Source: Candidatus Methanovorans sp.
GTDB lineage: Archaea > Halobacteriota > Methanosarcinia > Methanosarcinales > Methanosarcinaceae
Direction of reading: 5' to 3'
NCBI GenBank assembly: GCA_020793565.1
Contig: DQIP01000236.1
Location: 6,069-70,068 of the forward strand
DNA length: 64,000 nucleotides
Both the position numbers and the translations under genes were made by a program. The first letter of the stretch is position 1, and each line of letters starts with the position of its first letter. Positions 9,203 through 19,086 of this stretch are shown in pieces. Under the pieces are notes generated by a model, which was not told the DNA's origin, did not search any database, and saw only the letters and a program-made list of their open reading frames with translations.

Positions 9203-9655
9203 ATGTTTATGACATTGCCAGTGCTAAACAGGGAATATGAATATCTGGAGCACACAGCCGATGCAAAATTCAGGGCATACGGCACAACAATAGAAAAAGC
9301 ATTCCAAAACGCTGCTGTTGCAATGTTTAATGCGATGATCGATACAAGCACAATTTCTGATGAGGTAAGGGAAAGGATCGAACTTACATCAGAAGACCTT
9401 GACGGACTTCTTGTAGACTGGTTATCGGAACTTCTCTACCTCTTTGAAGTTGAACAGGTAGTATTCGGACAGTTTAAGGTCGATAACATCACAGGGCACG
9501 ATGATAATTATTCACTATCAGCGATTGCCTGTGGCGAACCTCTCAACCTGACTCGACATAAATTTGACACCGAAGTAAAGGCAGTCACATACAATGAGTT
9601 GATGGTAGGGGAAAACAAAGAAGGCTGGGTTGTGCAGGTCGTAGTTGACACATAG
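9203..9655 (+). CDS. Archease (RtcB activator)
   Basis: YEYLEHTADAKFRAYG near the N-terminus and KAVTYNEL near the C-terminus. It lies immediately upstream of rtcB, the conserved pairing. Confidence 0.9.
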   Translation: MFMTLPVLNREYEYLEHTADAKFRAYGTTIEKAFQNAAVAMFNAMIDTSTISDEVRERIELTSEDLDGLLVDWLSELLYLFEVEQVVFGQFKVDNITGHDDNYSLSAIACGEPLNLTRHKFDTEVKAVTYNELMVGENKEGWVVQVVVDT

Positions 9656-9684
9656 GCCGCTTTATCCGAATAATATGTTCGTAC

Positions 9685-9780
9685 ACATTATCGTCACATT
9701 ATCGTCACATTATCGTCACATTATCGTCACATTATCGTCACATTATCCTAACATTATCCTAACATTATCTTTACATTTCT
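9685..9780. repeat. 11-nt tandem array: 5 perfect ACATTATCGTC units plus 3-4 decaying units
   Basis: Read directly. ACATTATCGTC x5 at 9685-9739, then ACATTATCCTA x2, ACATTATCTTT and ACATTTCT. Confidence 0.95.
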
Positions 9781-9815
9781 ATCCGGAAACATCAGAACGG
9801 GTGGGAGGCACTAAT

Positions 9816-9869
9816 ATGACAGGTGAGACAGAATGACAGGTGAGACAGAAAATGACAGGTGAGACAGAA
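9816..9869 (+). repeat. Triplicated 18-nt segment ATGACAGGTGAGACAGAA carrying the rtcB start codon (offsets 17 and 19 nt)
   Basis: Copies start at 9816, 9833 and 9852. GGGAGG (9803-9808) precedes copy 1 only. Confidence 0.9.
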
Positions 9870-11321
9870 ACGACTGGCGCTTTTGACCTAGTTACAAAAA
9901 TAGATAACAACACATGGGAAGTACCAATGGATTACAAGCCGGGCATGAGGGTCCCGGGTCGCATATTTGTATCGGAAACCTTGATGCACGGTCTTGAGAA
10001 ACAGACCCTTGACCAGGTGGCTAACGTTGCAACCCTGCCCGGGATCCAGAAATATTCCATGGCAATGCCTGATGCACATCTCGGGTATGGTTTTCCTATC
10101 GGCGGAGTTGCCGCATTTGACAGGGAAGAAGGTGTGATCAGTCCTGGTGGTGTGGGTTTTGATATTAATTGCGGGATCCGGCTCATACGAACGAACCTAC
10201 AGGAAGAAGATGTGCGCCCGCGTATCAAAGAACTGATGTCAAGACTTTTCCGTGACATTCCATCCGGTGTCGGATCAAAAAGCCGCATACGTGCATCCGA
10301 AAGTGAACTTGATGATGCTTTCACACACGGCTCCAGATGGGCTGTTGAAGCGGGGTATGGTGTGGAGGCTGATATTGAGCATTGCGAGGGCAGTGGCCTG
10401 ATCGAAGGTGCGGATCCGGCACAGGTAAGTGCAAAAGCCCACAAGCGCGGAAAGCCGCAGTTCGGGACACTTGGAAGCGGGAACCATTTTCTTGAAGTCC
10501 AGTATGTGGACAAGATATACGATAATGAAGTTGCTTCGTCGTTTGGTCTTAAAGAAGGCCAGGTTACGATCATGATCCACTGCGGTTCCCGTGGTGCAGG
10601 ACACCAGATATGCACCGATCATTTGCGTGTACTTTCACAGGCTGTTAAAAAATACGGCATCGATCTTCCTGACAAGCAACTTGCATGTGCGCCTGCGCAG
10701 TCACCTGAAGCCCAGAACTACTTTAAGGCAATGGCATGCGGTGCCAATTATGCATGGGCGAACAGGCAGGTCATAACACACTGGACACGTGAGGTGTTCG
10801 AGCGTTTATTTTGCATGGACATGGATGACCTTGGTATGGATCTTGTATACGATGTTGCTCACAATGTCGCGAAACTTGAAGAGCACGTGATCGATGGCAA
10901 GAAAAAAGAAGTATACGTGCACCGCAAAGGTGCTACACGTGCGTTCCCGCCTGGCCATCACGACGTACCGGATGCTTATCGTGCTGTCGGGCAGCCGGTT
11001 CTGGTCCCGGGTAGCATGGGTACGGCATCTTATATCCTGCACGGGACAGAAGCGGCAATGGATATCTCGTTTGGAAGTGCATGCCACGGCGCCGGGCGCG
11101 TGATGAGCCGTGCACGTGCAAAGCATGAGTTCTATGGCGAGGACGTCAGGAAAAACCTTGAGGCAATAGGGATCACCGTGAAAGCCACGCACCCGTCCGT
11201 AATCGCTGAAGAGGCACCGGGCGTGTATAAATCGAGCAGTGAAGTTGTAAATGTGATGCATAACATAGGGATTGCCAAAAAAGTTGCACGTGTTCTGCCG
11301 ATAGGGGTTGCAAAGGGTTAA
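9852..11321 (+). CDS. rtcB: RNA-splicing ligase RtcB
   Basis: 489-aa reading from ATG 9852. Conserved blocks include [31 protein letters not shown] and HCGSRG.GHQ. The start is taken as the third repeat copy because copies 1 and 2 run into stops. Confidence 0.9.
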   Translation: MTGETETTGAFDLVTKIDNNTWEVPMDYKPGMRVPGRIFVSETLMHGLEKQTLDQVANVATLPGIQKYSMAMPDAHLGYGFPIGGVAAFDREEGVISPGGVGFDINCGIRLIRTNLQEEDVRPRIKELMSRLFRDIPSGVGSKSRIRASESELDDAFTHGSRWAVEAGYGVEADIEHCEGSGLIEGADPAQVSAKAHKRGKPQFGTLGSGNHFLEVQYVDKIYDNEVASSFGLKEGQVTIMIHCGSRGAGHQICTDHLRVLSQAVKKYGIDLPDKQLACAPAQSPEAQNYFKAMACGANYAWANRQVITHWTREVFERLFCMDMDDLGMDLVYDVAHNVAKLEEHVIDGKKKEVYVHRKGATRAFPPGHHDVPDAYRAVGQPVLVPGSMGTASYILHGTEAAMDISFGSACHGAGRVMSRARAKHEFYGEDVRKNLEAIGITVKATHPSVIAEEAPGVYKSSSEVVNVMHNIGIAKKVARVLPIGVAKG

Positions 11322-11935
11322 TTTGCAGAACTTCCAGTTATCGCATAAGAATCGGTAGGATGAACTATATGGTAAATGGTAACAAAAATATGACAAGTAT
11401 GGGGAAACGGGCCATTATAGTTGAGGGGATGAATGGTTTGCTTGGTTACAGTAACTCTTTTTAGATATACTTTACAAGCAGCTATTCCCGTTTCCTCAAA
11501 GTATATTTGGTTATCATATTATTTAAAGGTGTTTAGAACGGTCAATATATTGCATATTTCATGGGTATGTATTCATTGATACGAACCATTGTGTGAATAT
11601 GTTTCTTTACGGCAGTCTGGAAATGCATCTATCAATTGTGGTTTTGGGTTGGAAGTATATTTAGTATACTGATCCAGTCATTTTTTTGTAACTCTTGGTT
11701 ATCAGTTAACCTTCATGCATTGGTTTTATTACAAGATTACTGTGAATTATACTTGCAGATATTAGAATTGCATGTTTGGATTGTGGATTTGGCAGTAGTG
11801 AAATGTCTTACCTATGATGGGAACTGGTGCTTCGATCTCTTCAGATTTCATAATCTGTACATATCACAAATCAAATGAGGTTTTCATAAATCGTATCACA
11901 TACCGTTTAGGCAACAAAAAACTTCGCTTTTGGAT

Positions 11936-13627
11936 CAGCAATTCCCGTTTTATTTCCAACCGGAATTTTTTGATATCACTTATCGGGGTTTAACCTTCCA
12001 TTAAGCGTGCATTATGCAAAATCTATGTATAACACAAATCTTGAACATGATATTTTAACCGTTCATCACCAAAAAAGCCATACCTATCAGTAGACGGAGT
12101 CAAAATCATGTTTCCCTATATGTTACGTTTTTTCAAAGGCACATTGCCAAATTATTCATCAAGATGGCGGTGAATCTTCAAGAATAACCAAGCGTTCCCT
12201 TTTAAATCCATAAAACAGTGTTCTGAAGATATCTTCCATCGAATCAAATCTATATCCGAAAAATAAAGCCCTCATTTGTTCCCAGAGGCTTCTTTTGCTC
12301 CCTAACTTCCCCCAAACTGCTTGAAATAGTTGGCAGGCAAGTTGTTGCACCTGATCCACCAGAAACGCCAGCATCACCAACATGGCAAAAACAACTGACA
12401 AGTTCTTATATCCATGTCCAAAATTGTGTTCAAACTGGTATCCCTGATTTTTGAGTGTGTTGAAAGTTTCATTCTCGATCTTCCATCGTGCCCTGCCGCC
12501 GCGCATTATCTTGAAAACATTTTCTTTTGTCACATGCAGATCCGTGACCCAACTGAAAGGTGTCGTTTTTTGGGGCGTAATTTCCCAGTATTGTACAAAA
12601 TTCACCAATGTATCTTGATTAGACGCATTCAAGGGGACCTGATTGATAAACCGGAATTTATGAACAATGTCATCAATTTCAATTTCATGTTCTGTTGTTA
12701 AACCCTCTTTTGTAGCAGACTCTACGTAATCGAACAAAAATGTGTGATCGCCTTCCTTTGCCCCTAAAATATAGTGTATTTGATGTTTTTCCAATTCATG
12801 AATGTGTGGGGCATTTGAACTTAATCCATCCTCTGTCACAATGAGAGATAAATGTGGATGCACTTTCCTTAATTTCTCCAAAAAACGCTTGCTTGCATTG
12901 CGTTCGCTGTCATTTTTCTTCTCCCCATCCTGTTTGATGATCGGCTCTGGTGCAAACGGTATCACTTCCCTTGCATCAGGATGAACAATTACTGCACCCA
13001 ATATTTGATGCTGATATGTGGTATCCCCAGTTTTTGAGTTCGTTTTCGTACAACAAGAGTCACAATGAATCTTATTCGATGAGAAGTAGCCTGTACCATC
13101 GATAGAAAGTAGATAAGAGTTGTTCATGAAGACCATTGGTTCCAAAACCTTCCCGCGCTGAAGCGTGCGGAAAATATCCGCGAATAAAGGCTCTATATTA
13201 GCAGGTTCCACATCATCTAGAATCGTGCGCATCTGAGTGTCGCAAGGTACGTTTTCTATATTGTAGACTTTTTGTAAGTTCGTGTCATCGGGATGTCTGT
13301 TATTAAAAGCGAGCAATGAAGGATCTTTGAGAGAAAACATGGCAAAAGCCGACATAAGTGCATCAGGTAGGGAAATCGTGATGTTTTTTGATCGATTATC
13401 TGTTATTTTCTCAAACCCTGAACGAACTTGGCTGAATATTGCATCAGCGTTCAAACCTTTCCGAAGTTTTATTTTTTGAGGCATGAAAAATCATCCGTTT
13501 ATTAAAAAATCTAATTAATAATTGGAATTATTCTCTTTATTACTCAATTATCATATATAATCTTTACGAAAATATAAAATTGTTGCATACTTACTGCATG
13601 CGTTTATAGTCATAACTGGAATTGCTG
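11936..13627 (-). mobile_element. Candidate IS boundaries around the DDE transposase gene
   Basis: CAGCAATTCCCGTTTTAT at 11936 matches the reverse complement of 13610-13627 (CAGCAATTCCAGTTATGA) at about 15/17 positions. No clear target duplication was seen. Confidence 0.35.
12159..13484 (-). CDS. DDE transposase (IS4-superfamily-like; exact family not assigned)
   Basis: 441-aa ORF. The N-terminal LPDALMSAFAMFSLKDPSLLAF and C-terminal RWKIENETFNTLKNQGYQFEHNFGHG blocks are typical of IS4/IS1380-like transposases. Confidence 0.7.
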   Translation of the reverse strand: MPQKIKLRKGLNADAIFSQVRSGFEKITDNRSKNITISLPDALMSAFAMFSLKDPSLLAFNNRHPDDTNLQKVYNIENVPCDTQMRTILDDVEPANIEPLFADIFRTLQRGKVLEPMVFMNNSYLLSIDGTGYFSSNKIHCDSCCTKTNSKTGDTTYQHQILGAVIVHPDAREVIPFAPEPIIKQDGEKKNDSERNASKRFLEKLRKVHPHLSLIVTEDGLSSNAPHIHELEKHQIHYILGAKEGDHTFLFDYVESATKEGLTTEHEIEIDDIVHKFRFINQVPLNASNQDTLVNFVQYWEITPQKTTPFSWVTDLHVTKENVFKIMRGGRARWKIENETFNTLKNQGYQFEHNFGHGYKNLSVVFAMLVMLAFLVDQVQQLACQLFQAVWGKLGSKRSLWEQMRALFFGYRFDSMEDIFRTLFYGFKRERLVILEDSPPS

Positions 13628-13938
13628 GTTGTGTGTCATCTTGTCCATTATACCCGCGCGCGGGTGCGCAGCAATGTGGGCGGCGGCGGGAGTGATACTG
13701 GTGGTTGGGACGGTGCTGTTTAGTATCTTATGAGATGTTTTCGTGTTTTTTTGGCACGAAAATATCGCTGCCTTTTTGGTTCCGGCTTGATCGGATTGGG
13801 AGGTCGGGGGTTTGTTAGGGCTGTGCTCTCTTCAGCCGCCCGTCATAAATGGGAAATTCTTGACCGCCGTTGACATATCCCAACGCCGTGCCAATCCAAC
13901 GAATTTATCATAAATGACACCACTAAATAACCTTATTC

Positions 13939-14385
13939 ATGAACCAAAATCCAAAATGTTACACCATCGGATACAGCAACAGGCCAATGGATGAGTTTAC
14001 AGGCATGTTGCAAAAGAACAACATCAATTATCTGGTGGACATCCGCAGGTATCCGCAATCACGGCGCGAGGAGTTTAACAGGGACGCGCTGCAGGATGCA
14101 CTTCCGATGTATGAAATAGTATATTACCACTGCCCGGGTGTCGGTGGATTTCGGGAATCCACGTATCCCGAATACATGCAGACCGGTGCGTTCAAAGAGA
14201 GTTTTTCGCGGTTGGCGGATAAGATAAACAACGTGTCCGGGCTTGAGGGTGAGATCGTGCTTATGTGTGCCGAAAAAAGCCCGAAGGACTGTCATCGGCA
14301 TTACCTTTCATTGGAACTTGAGAACGAAGGTGTAGAAATAATTCACCTGACCGAGAGCGGGCAAACCAGTCTTTCGTGTTGGTGA
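13939..14385 (+). CDS. DUF488 family protein
   Basis: YTIGYSNR...LVDIRRYPQSRR...LMCAEKSPKDCHRHYL is the DUF488 signature. Confidence 0.85.
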   Translation: MNQNPKCYTIGYSNRPMDEFTGMLQKNNINYLVDIRRYPQSRREEFNRDALQDALPMYEIVYYHCPGVGGFRESTYPEYMQTGAFKESFSRLADKINNVSGLEGEIVLMCAEKSPKDCHRHYLSLELENEGVEIIHLTESGQTSLSCW

Positions 14386-14667
14386 TACGAAAACTGTCGC
14401 CAGCAAATAATTGTTTGATTTTCAACTACAATCAAAGATCGCAGTCCAAATCCGGTCCACACTGATAATCCCGTCTAAAATCAACTTGAAATCAAATTTC
14501 ACAACGCATTAAGACAGCGGATCCGATCTTCTGTCAATAGATGCGTCCTGAAGAGTGACATCATTACGCTGCCCCGGAGCGGGTTTATAATAAACATGTG
14601 CTCCGTGTTACGACCTGCAATTATAAGAACCATATCCGGCATTCCTTGCAGCCATCTTCAGGCAATT

Positions 14668-15633
14668 TCAATATGCCCGCTCGATCATATAATCAGCGAT
14701 TGCCAGAAGCACATCTTTTGCTTCCGAATCATCCAAAATATCAAGTTTTGCCTTACCCCGCTGTATATATGACATCGCAAGGTCATTTGCATAACCTATC
14801 GAACCGGAATCTTCCAGGATTTTAACAGCCTCATCGATCTGTGAAATTGTAGCACTGCCACTTCCGAATATATCAAGTTTTACACCATGTTTCATTGCAT
14901 GGATGGCAATGACAGTTTTCTTCCCCTCCATCAGGTCACTGCCACGCACTTTACCTAATATTTGCTCCGGGGTAACCAGGTCAAGCACATCATCGTATAT
15001 CTGGAAACCGATTCCTACCAGGCATCCGAATTCATATAAGGCATCTGCAACCTCATCAGATGCACCGCCAAGCAATGCGCCGATCTTTGCGGATGCTGCA
15101 TAAAGGACAGATGTCTTTTTCTTGACCATCTCAAGATATTCATGTTCCCCTACATCATCCCTGTTCTCAAAATTAATATCCATCCACTGTCCTTCACATA
15201 TTTCGGCACATGTTCCGGACAGGAGTTCAATGGATTTCACAACGCGCACCGGGTCACAATCAATACGTGAAAGTATCTCAAAAGATTTTGAATATAACGT
15301 ATCGCCTGCCAGAATGGCACATGCTTCACTCCATTCTACATGAACTGAAGGCACGCCACGTCGGATTCCATCCTTGTCCATGATGTCATCATGGACCAAT
15401 GTGAAGTTATGGACAAGTTCTATAGCAACAGCTGCCGAAAGTACGGCATTGACATTTGAACCTACTGCCTCAGCCGCAAGGATCACAGTAGCCGGACGCA
15501 GGCGTTTGCCGCCAGCATCAGGCAAATACCGCGATGCCTTGTAAAGTTCCACCGGCTCTGTGATGGGAAGCAACTCCCCTATGGCCTTATCGACATATAC
15601 ACTTCGTTTTTTAATTTCATCAATTACATTCAT
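14668..15633 (-). CDS. idsA: Geranylgeranyl diphosphate synthase (short-chain trans-prenyltransferase)
   Basis: First Asp-rich motif LVHDDIMD and second motif IYDDVLD. It sits in the isoprenoid operon. Confidence 0.9.
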   Translation of the reverse strand: MNVIDEIKKRSVYVDKAIGELLPITEPVELYKASRYLPDAGGKRLRPATVILAAEAVGSNVNAVLSAAVAIELVHNFTLVHDDIMDKDGIRRGVPSVHVEWSEACAILAGDTLYSKSFEILSRIDCDPVRVVKSIELLSGTCAEICEGQWMDINFENRDDVGEHEYLEMVKKKTSVLYAASAKIGALLGGASDEVADALYEFGCLVGIGFQIYDDVLDLVTPEQILGKVRGSDLMEGKKTVIAIHAMKHGVKLDIFGSGSATISQIDEAVKILEDSGSIGYANDLAMSYIQRGKAKLDILDDSEAKDVLLAIADYMIERAY

Positions 15634-15667
15634 GTTCGATCACATAGGACTATTATATACTCCAGTA

Positions 15668-17011
15668 TTATTCTTCGATGTACAACTCTTCACCATTTCT
15701 GAGCAGATGTAGTGTATCACCAAGCTCATATCCAGCATCTTCTGCCATCTCGATATATGAACTGTGCATCGTAATAAATCCATGGGCAGGAATAACATGC
15801 TCAGGATTGATCAAACGTAAAAGTTCCCAGTGGTCCTCACGGTATGCGTGACCGGACACATGCACAGCGTCATATATCCTTGCTCCACGCATTCGAAGTT
15901 TAGTTTCCAGAGCATAGCGACTCGCCCTTGTCATCGGATTTGGAATCACGTTTGCAGAGAAAATAACACGGTCACCGGACTCGATTTCATATGCAGTCTC
16001 ACCTTTTGCGATCCTACCGAGTATCGCACCCGGTTCTCCCTGGTGACCTGTGACAATTGGCAGGTATTTTTCCTTACCTTCATTCATGATCTTCTTAAAT
16101 GCCTTATCGATCTCCTTGCGTTTTCCGTAAACTTCGATATTCTCAGGCAATTTAATGTACCCGAGTTTACTGGCAGTCAGTACATATTTGTCCATTGAGC
16201 GTCCCATCAGAACTGGAATACGCCCCATCTCTTCTGCTGCACTGATTATCGAATTGATACGTGCGATATGTGATGCAAAAGTGGTGATGATCATACCGAC
16301 ATCCGATTCTTCAGTGCCAAGAAGTACATCACGTACCATGTCATGTGCAATTTTCTCGGAAGGAGTCTTTCCTGCACGACCTGCATTGGTACTTTCTGTG
16401 ATCATTGCGATCACACCTTCCTGACCCAGTTTCCTTAAACGATCAAAGTCCGGTGCTTCACCAAGTGTAGGCGTGCGGTCAAGTTTGAAATCACATGCAT
16501 ACAGGATTGCACCTGCTGGTGTGTGTATCGCAGCAAATACCGCATCAACAATACTGTGCTGTACCCTGATAAATTCAATCGATACATCCTCTGTGACCTG
16601 GTATATCCCACCTGCATTCAGTGTAATGATCTTGTTCTTGACGCTGAACTTGCGCTCAGATTCGATCTGCTGTTTTATAAGAGCAGCTGTATAGGGAGTA
16701 CCAAGGATCGGAGCTGCATACCTGTGCGCCAGTTTTGGTATTGCACCGATATGGTCAAGGTGACCGTGTGTGCATACGATTGCGCGCACAGTTCCATCGA
16801 TCTGTTTCATGATAGTATCATCAGGGATCGCACCCATTTCGATCAATTCAAGAGAATGCATCCTGTCCATCTCAACGTCTTCATGAATCTGTACACGGTC
16901 TAACCTGAGACCCATATCAAGAATTATAATATCCTCGTCAACCCTTATGGCAGTCATGTTGCGTCCCATTTCATTGTATCCACCGACTGCGATTATTCCT
17001 ATTTCTGTCAT
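15668..17011 (-). CDS. Archaeal RNase J-like beta-CASP metallo-beta-lactamase ribonuclease
   Basis: Contains the HGHLDHIG motif and the beta-CASP architecture at about 447 aa. It has the conserved position between idi2 and idsA. Confidence 0.85.
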   Translation of the reverse strand: MTEIGIIAVGGYNEMGRNMTAIRVDEDIIILDMGLRLDRVQIHEDVEMDRMHSLELIEMGAIPDDTIMKQIDGTVRAIVCTHGHLDHIGAIPKLAHRYAAPILGTPYTAALIKQQIESERKFSVKNKIITLNAGGIYQVTEDVSIEFIRVQHSIVDAVFAAIHTPAGAILYACDFKLDRTPTLGEAPDFDRLRKLGQEGVIAMITESTNAGRAGKTPSEKIAHDMVRDVLLGTEESDVGMIITTFASHIARINSIISAAEEMGRIPVLMGRSMDKYVLTASKLGYIKLPENIEVYGKRKEIDKAFKKIMNEGKEKYLPIVTGHQGEPGAILGRIAKGETAYEIESGDRVIFSANVIPNPMTRASRYALETKLRMRGARIYDAVHVSGHAYREDHWELLRLINPEHVIPAHGFITMHSSYIEMAEDAGYELGDTLHLLRNGEELYIEE

Positions 17012-17177
17012 AAATTAACCTCTTAATCAATTTTCAATTTTAACTGTATTTAAATTTATAGTTTATATTTAAATTCTAACCATTTTTCTAACTTGTTTCA
17101 TGTTCAATTATTTTTGAACAAATGACTGTGACTTTTTTGATATTCTTTATAATGAATTGACATATTTATTTCATGTT

Positions 17178-18254
17178 TTAACGCACAGCAAAATCCTTTA
17201 CATTAAACCCGCGCTGTGTCAGGTATTCAAGTGTCCTTCCGGTTACAACAGCCGGAGTCGTGCGCAGTTTCTCGATATTGTCACATCCGCAAAGAAACAT
17301 GGCCACTTTCAATTCATTAAACATACTGGCCAAAGCATTGACTACTTCATCTTTACCTTTCATTGCAGGTTCAACAAACGGCAGTGCTGCACTTGCAATA
17401 TTCGCTCCGACGGCAATCGACTTTGCAATATCAAGACCTGTCCTTACACCACCGGTTGCAATAACCGGAAGCGATACGTTGCACTCAACAATGCCTGGAA
17501 CAGTAGGTATCCCAAAGTCCCAGAACAGCTCTCCGAGGAGTTGCGATAGGATATCATTTCGGGCACTTGCGCGATATACTTCAACACCTGACCAACTTGT
17601 ACCCCCGACACCGCCAACATCAATCGCAGATACACCTGCCTTTTTCAAAAGCATGGCATCCTCATTCGATATTCCGGCACCTGTTTCTTTTATAATAACA
17701 GGTATTTTCATGGAACATATCTCTTTAATTGTATCAAGTGTACCCGATCCATCCCGGTCCCCTTCCGGCTGGACAGCCTCCTGAAGGTAATTCAGGTGCA
17801 CTGCCATTGCATCTGCATCGATCATTTCTATCATTTTCTCAATGCCTTCAATACCATATTCCCTGATCTGTGCGGCTCCTACATTACCATAGATAAATGC
17901 AGTTGGTGCCTCGTCACGAACCACCCTGAAAGAGTCTTCCTGTTTCGGGTCCTCGATCGCCGCTCTCTGGCTACCGACGCCCATCCCGATACCAGCCTCT
18001 TCAACGGCCTTTGCAAGCGATGCGTTTATGGCTATGGTGCCAGAATGTCCACCTGTGATGGATGCGATCATAAACGGTGCATCCAGGTGTTTACCCATAA
18101 AATCAACAGATATATCTATTGCATCCATGCTGATTTCAGGCAGTGCACGATGTACCAGAATAACATCTTCGAAACCTGCACTTACCTTCCGTGACTCTAC
18201 CGGACTTGTTGCACATATGTCTAGATGCTCCATCTTTCTCTGGGATGTGATCAT
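17178..18254 (-). CDS. fni: Type 2 isopentenyl-diphosphate delta-isomerase (FMN-dependent)
   Basis: TIM-barrel IDI-2 blocks (MIASITGG, GVGSQR, IIKETGAG, IDVGGVGGTSW, ATGGVRTG). Confidence 0.9.
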   Translation of the reverse strand: MITSQRKMEHLDICATSPVESRKVSAGFEDVILVHRALPEISMDAIDISVDFMGKHLDAPFMIASITGGHSGTIAINASLAKAVEEAGIGMGVGSQRAAIEDPKQEDSFRVVRDEAPTAFIYGNVGAAQIREYGIEGIEKMIEMIDADAMAVHLNYLQEAVQPEGDRDGSGTLDTIKEICSMKIPVIIKETGAGISNEDAMLLKKAGVSAIDVGGVGGTSWSGVEVYRASARNDILSQLLGELFWDFGIPTVPGIVECNVSLPVIATGGVRTGLDIAKSIAVGANIASAALPFVEPAMKGKDEVVNALASMFNELKVAMFLCGCDNIEKLRTTPAVVTGRTLEYLTQRGFNVKDFAVR

Positions 18255-18315
18255 GATCGAACCTTCTTAATGTGATTGTTCATAATTCCAAACTCAAATT
18301 CTAAATTCATAATTA

Positions 18316-19086
18316 TTACTTTGTTATCACGGTTCCAATATTTGCCCCATCTAAAAACCTTGAGACATTCCCGGATGTTCCCGCGTTGAATATACGTGAA
18401 TTAATATTTGACATTTCGCAAAGTCTTACCAGTTCAACAACCTTTCCAAGCATTCCACCAGTGACATCGGTACTTTCCGAGCCGCCGATATATTGCTTAA
18501 TATCCTTGAAATTCGAGGACGTGATCGCTGCTATCGTATCACCTTTGTCATCCAGGACACCGTCTTTGGCACTTCCGATGCCGATCCTTGCACTGCCAAG
18601 TTGCATTGCAAGATAAGTAACGATCTGATCGCCTGATAAGATTGATGTACCTAGTTTCGTATCCATCACCACATCACCATGCAGCACAGGTATAAACCCG
18701 TTATCAAGCATGAGATGAATGTTCTCAATAAACATTTGCGCAATCCTGCCATCCCCGGATACAGTACTGCCCATCGGATGCACTCCAATAGCATCAATTC
18801 CTGCATTCGCCAGGGATTCCACGACAATGTGATTTAGTGCTTTCACGGATATATGAGTGATAAGAGCACCTTTAGCATCGAACTTTTTATTAAGTGCATA
18901 CTTCTTTGCCTGCGGGTGTCCGAATGAACCTGCACCGTGAACAACTATCAACTTTCCATGATGTTTTGATATTTCACCTGCGATCCGCTTGATCTCACTA
19001 TTGTTCGGAGCGCCATCATCCGCATCCTTATCAGTAATGATGCTGCCTCCGATCTTCAGTATTGTAATATCATTTAATGCGTTCAT
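18316..19086 (-). CDS. Isopentenyl phosphate kinase
   Basis: Amino-acid-kinase fold (ILKIGGSIITDK, VVHGAGSFGH), about 256 aa. It overlaps the mvk stop by 4 nt. Confidence 0.9.
   Translation of the reverse strand: MNALNDITILKIGGSIITDKDADDGAPNNSEIKRIAGEISKHHGKLIVVHGAGSFGHPQAKKYALNKKFDAKGALITHISVKALNHIVVESLANAGIDAIGVHPMGSTVSGDGRIAQMFIENIHLMLDNGFIPVLHGDVVMDTKLGTSILSGDQIVTYLAMQLGSARIGIGSAKDGVLDDKGDTIAAITSSNFKDIKQYIGGSESTDVTGGMLGKVVELVRLCEMSNINSRIFNAGTSGNVSRFLDGANIGTVITK

Noticed and set aside
9645-9836. 63-aa ORF spanning the 11-nt array (reads ...HIIVTLSSHYRHIIVTLSSHY...).
   Set aside because: Its sequence is generated by the non-triplet tandem repeat. It has no RBS and lies between two well-defined genes, so it is treated as a repeat artefact.
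11402-11503. GGGGAAACGGG ... CAGCTATTCCCGTTTCC inverted pair resembling the candidate TIR of the 11936-13627 IS (a possible MITE).
   Set aside because: The two ends face outward rather than inward, and similarity beyond about 9 nt is weak. It may be a pair of scars but is not supportable as an element.
11636-11878. 80-aa ORF in the 840-bp gap downstream of rtcB.
   Set aside because: It has no RBS, a hydrophobic and aromatic low-information sequence, and lies in AT-rich non-coding-looking DNA next to an IS. It is not supported.
17260-17784. Long antisense or shadow ORFs inside well-supported genes. Examples are 17260-17784, 9932-10615, 21007-21507, 25045-25968, 26744-27334, 37418-38560, 46682-47191 and 58736-59230.
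   Set aside because: Each lies fully within a gene with strong family motifs on the other strand or frame. They have Ser/Pro/Arg-rich low-complexity translations typical of shadow ORFs.
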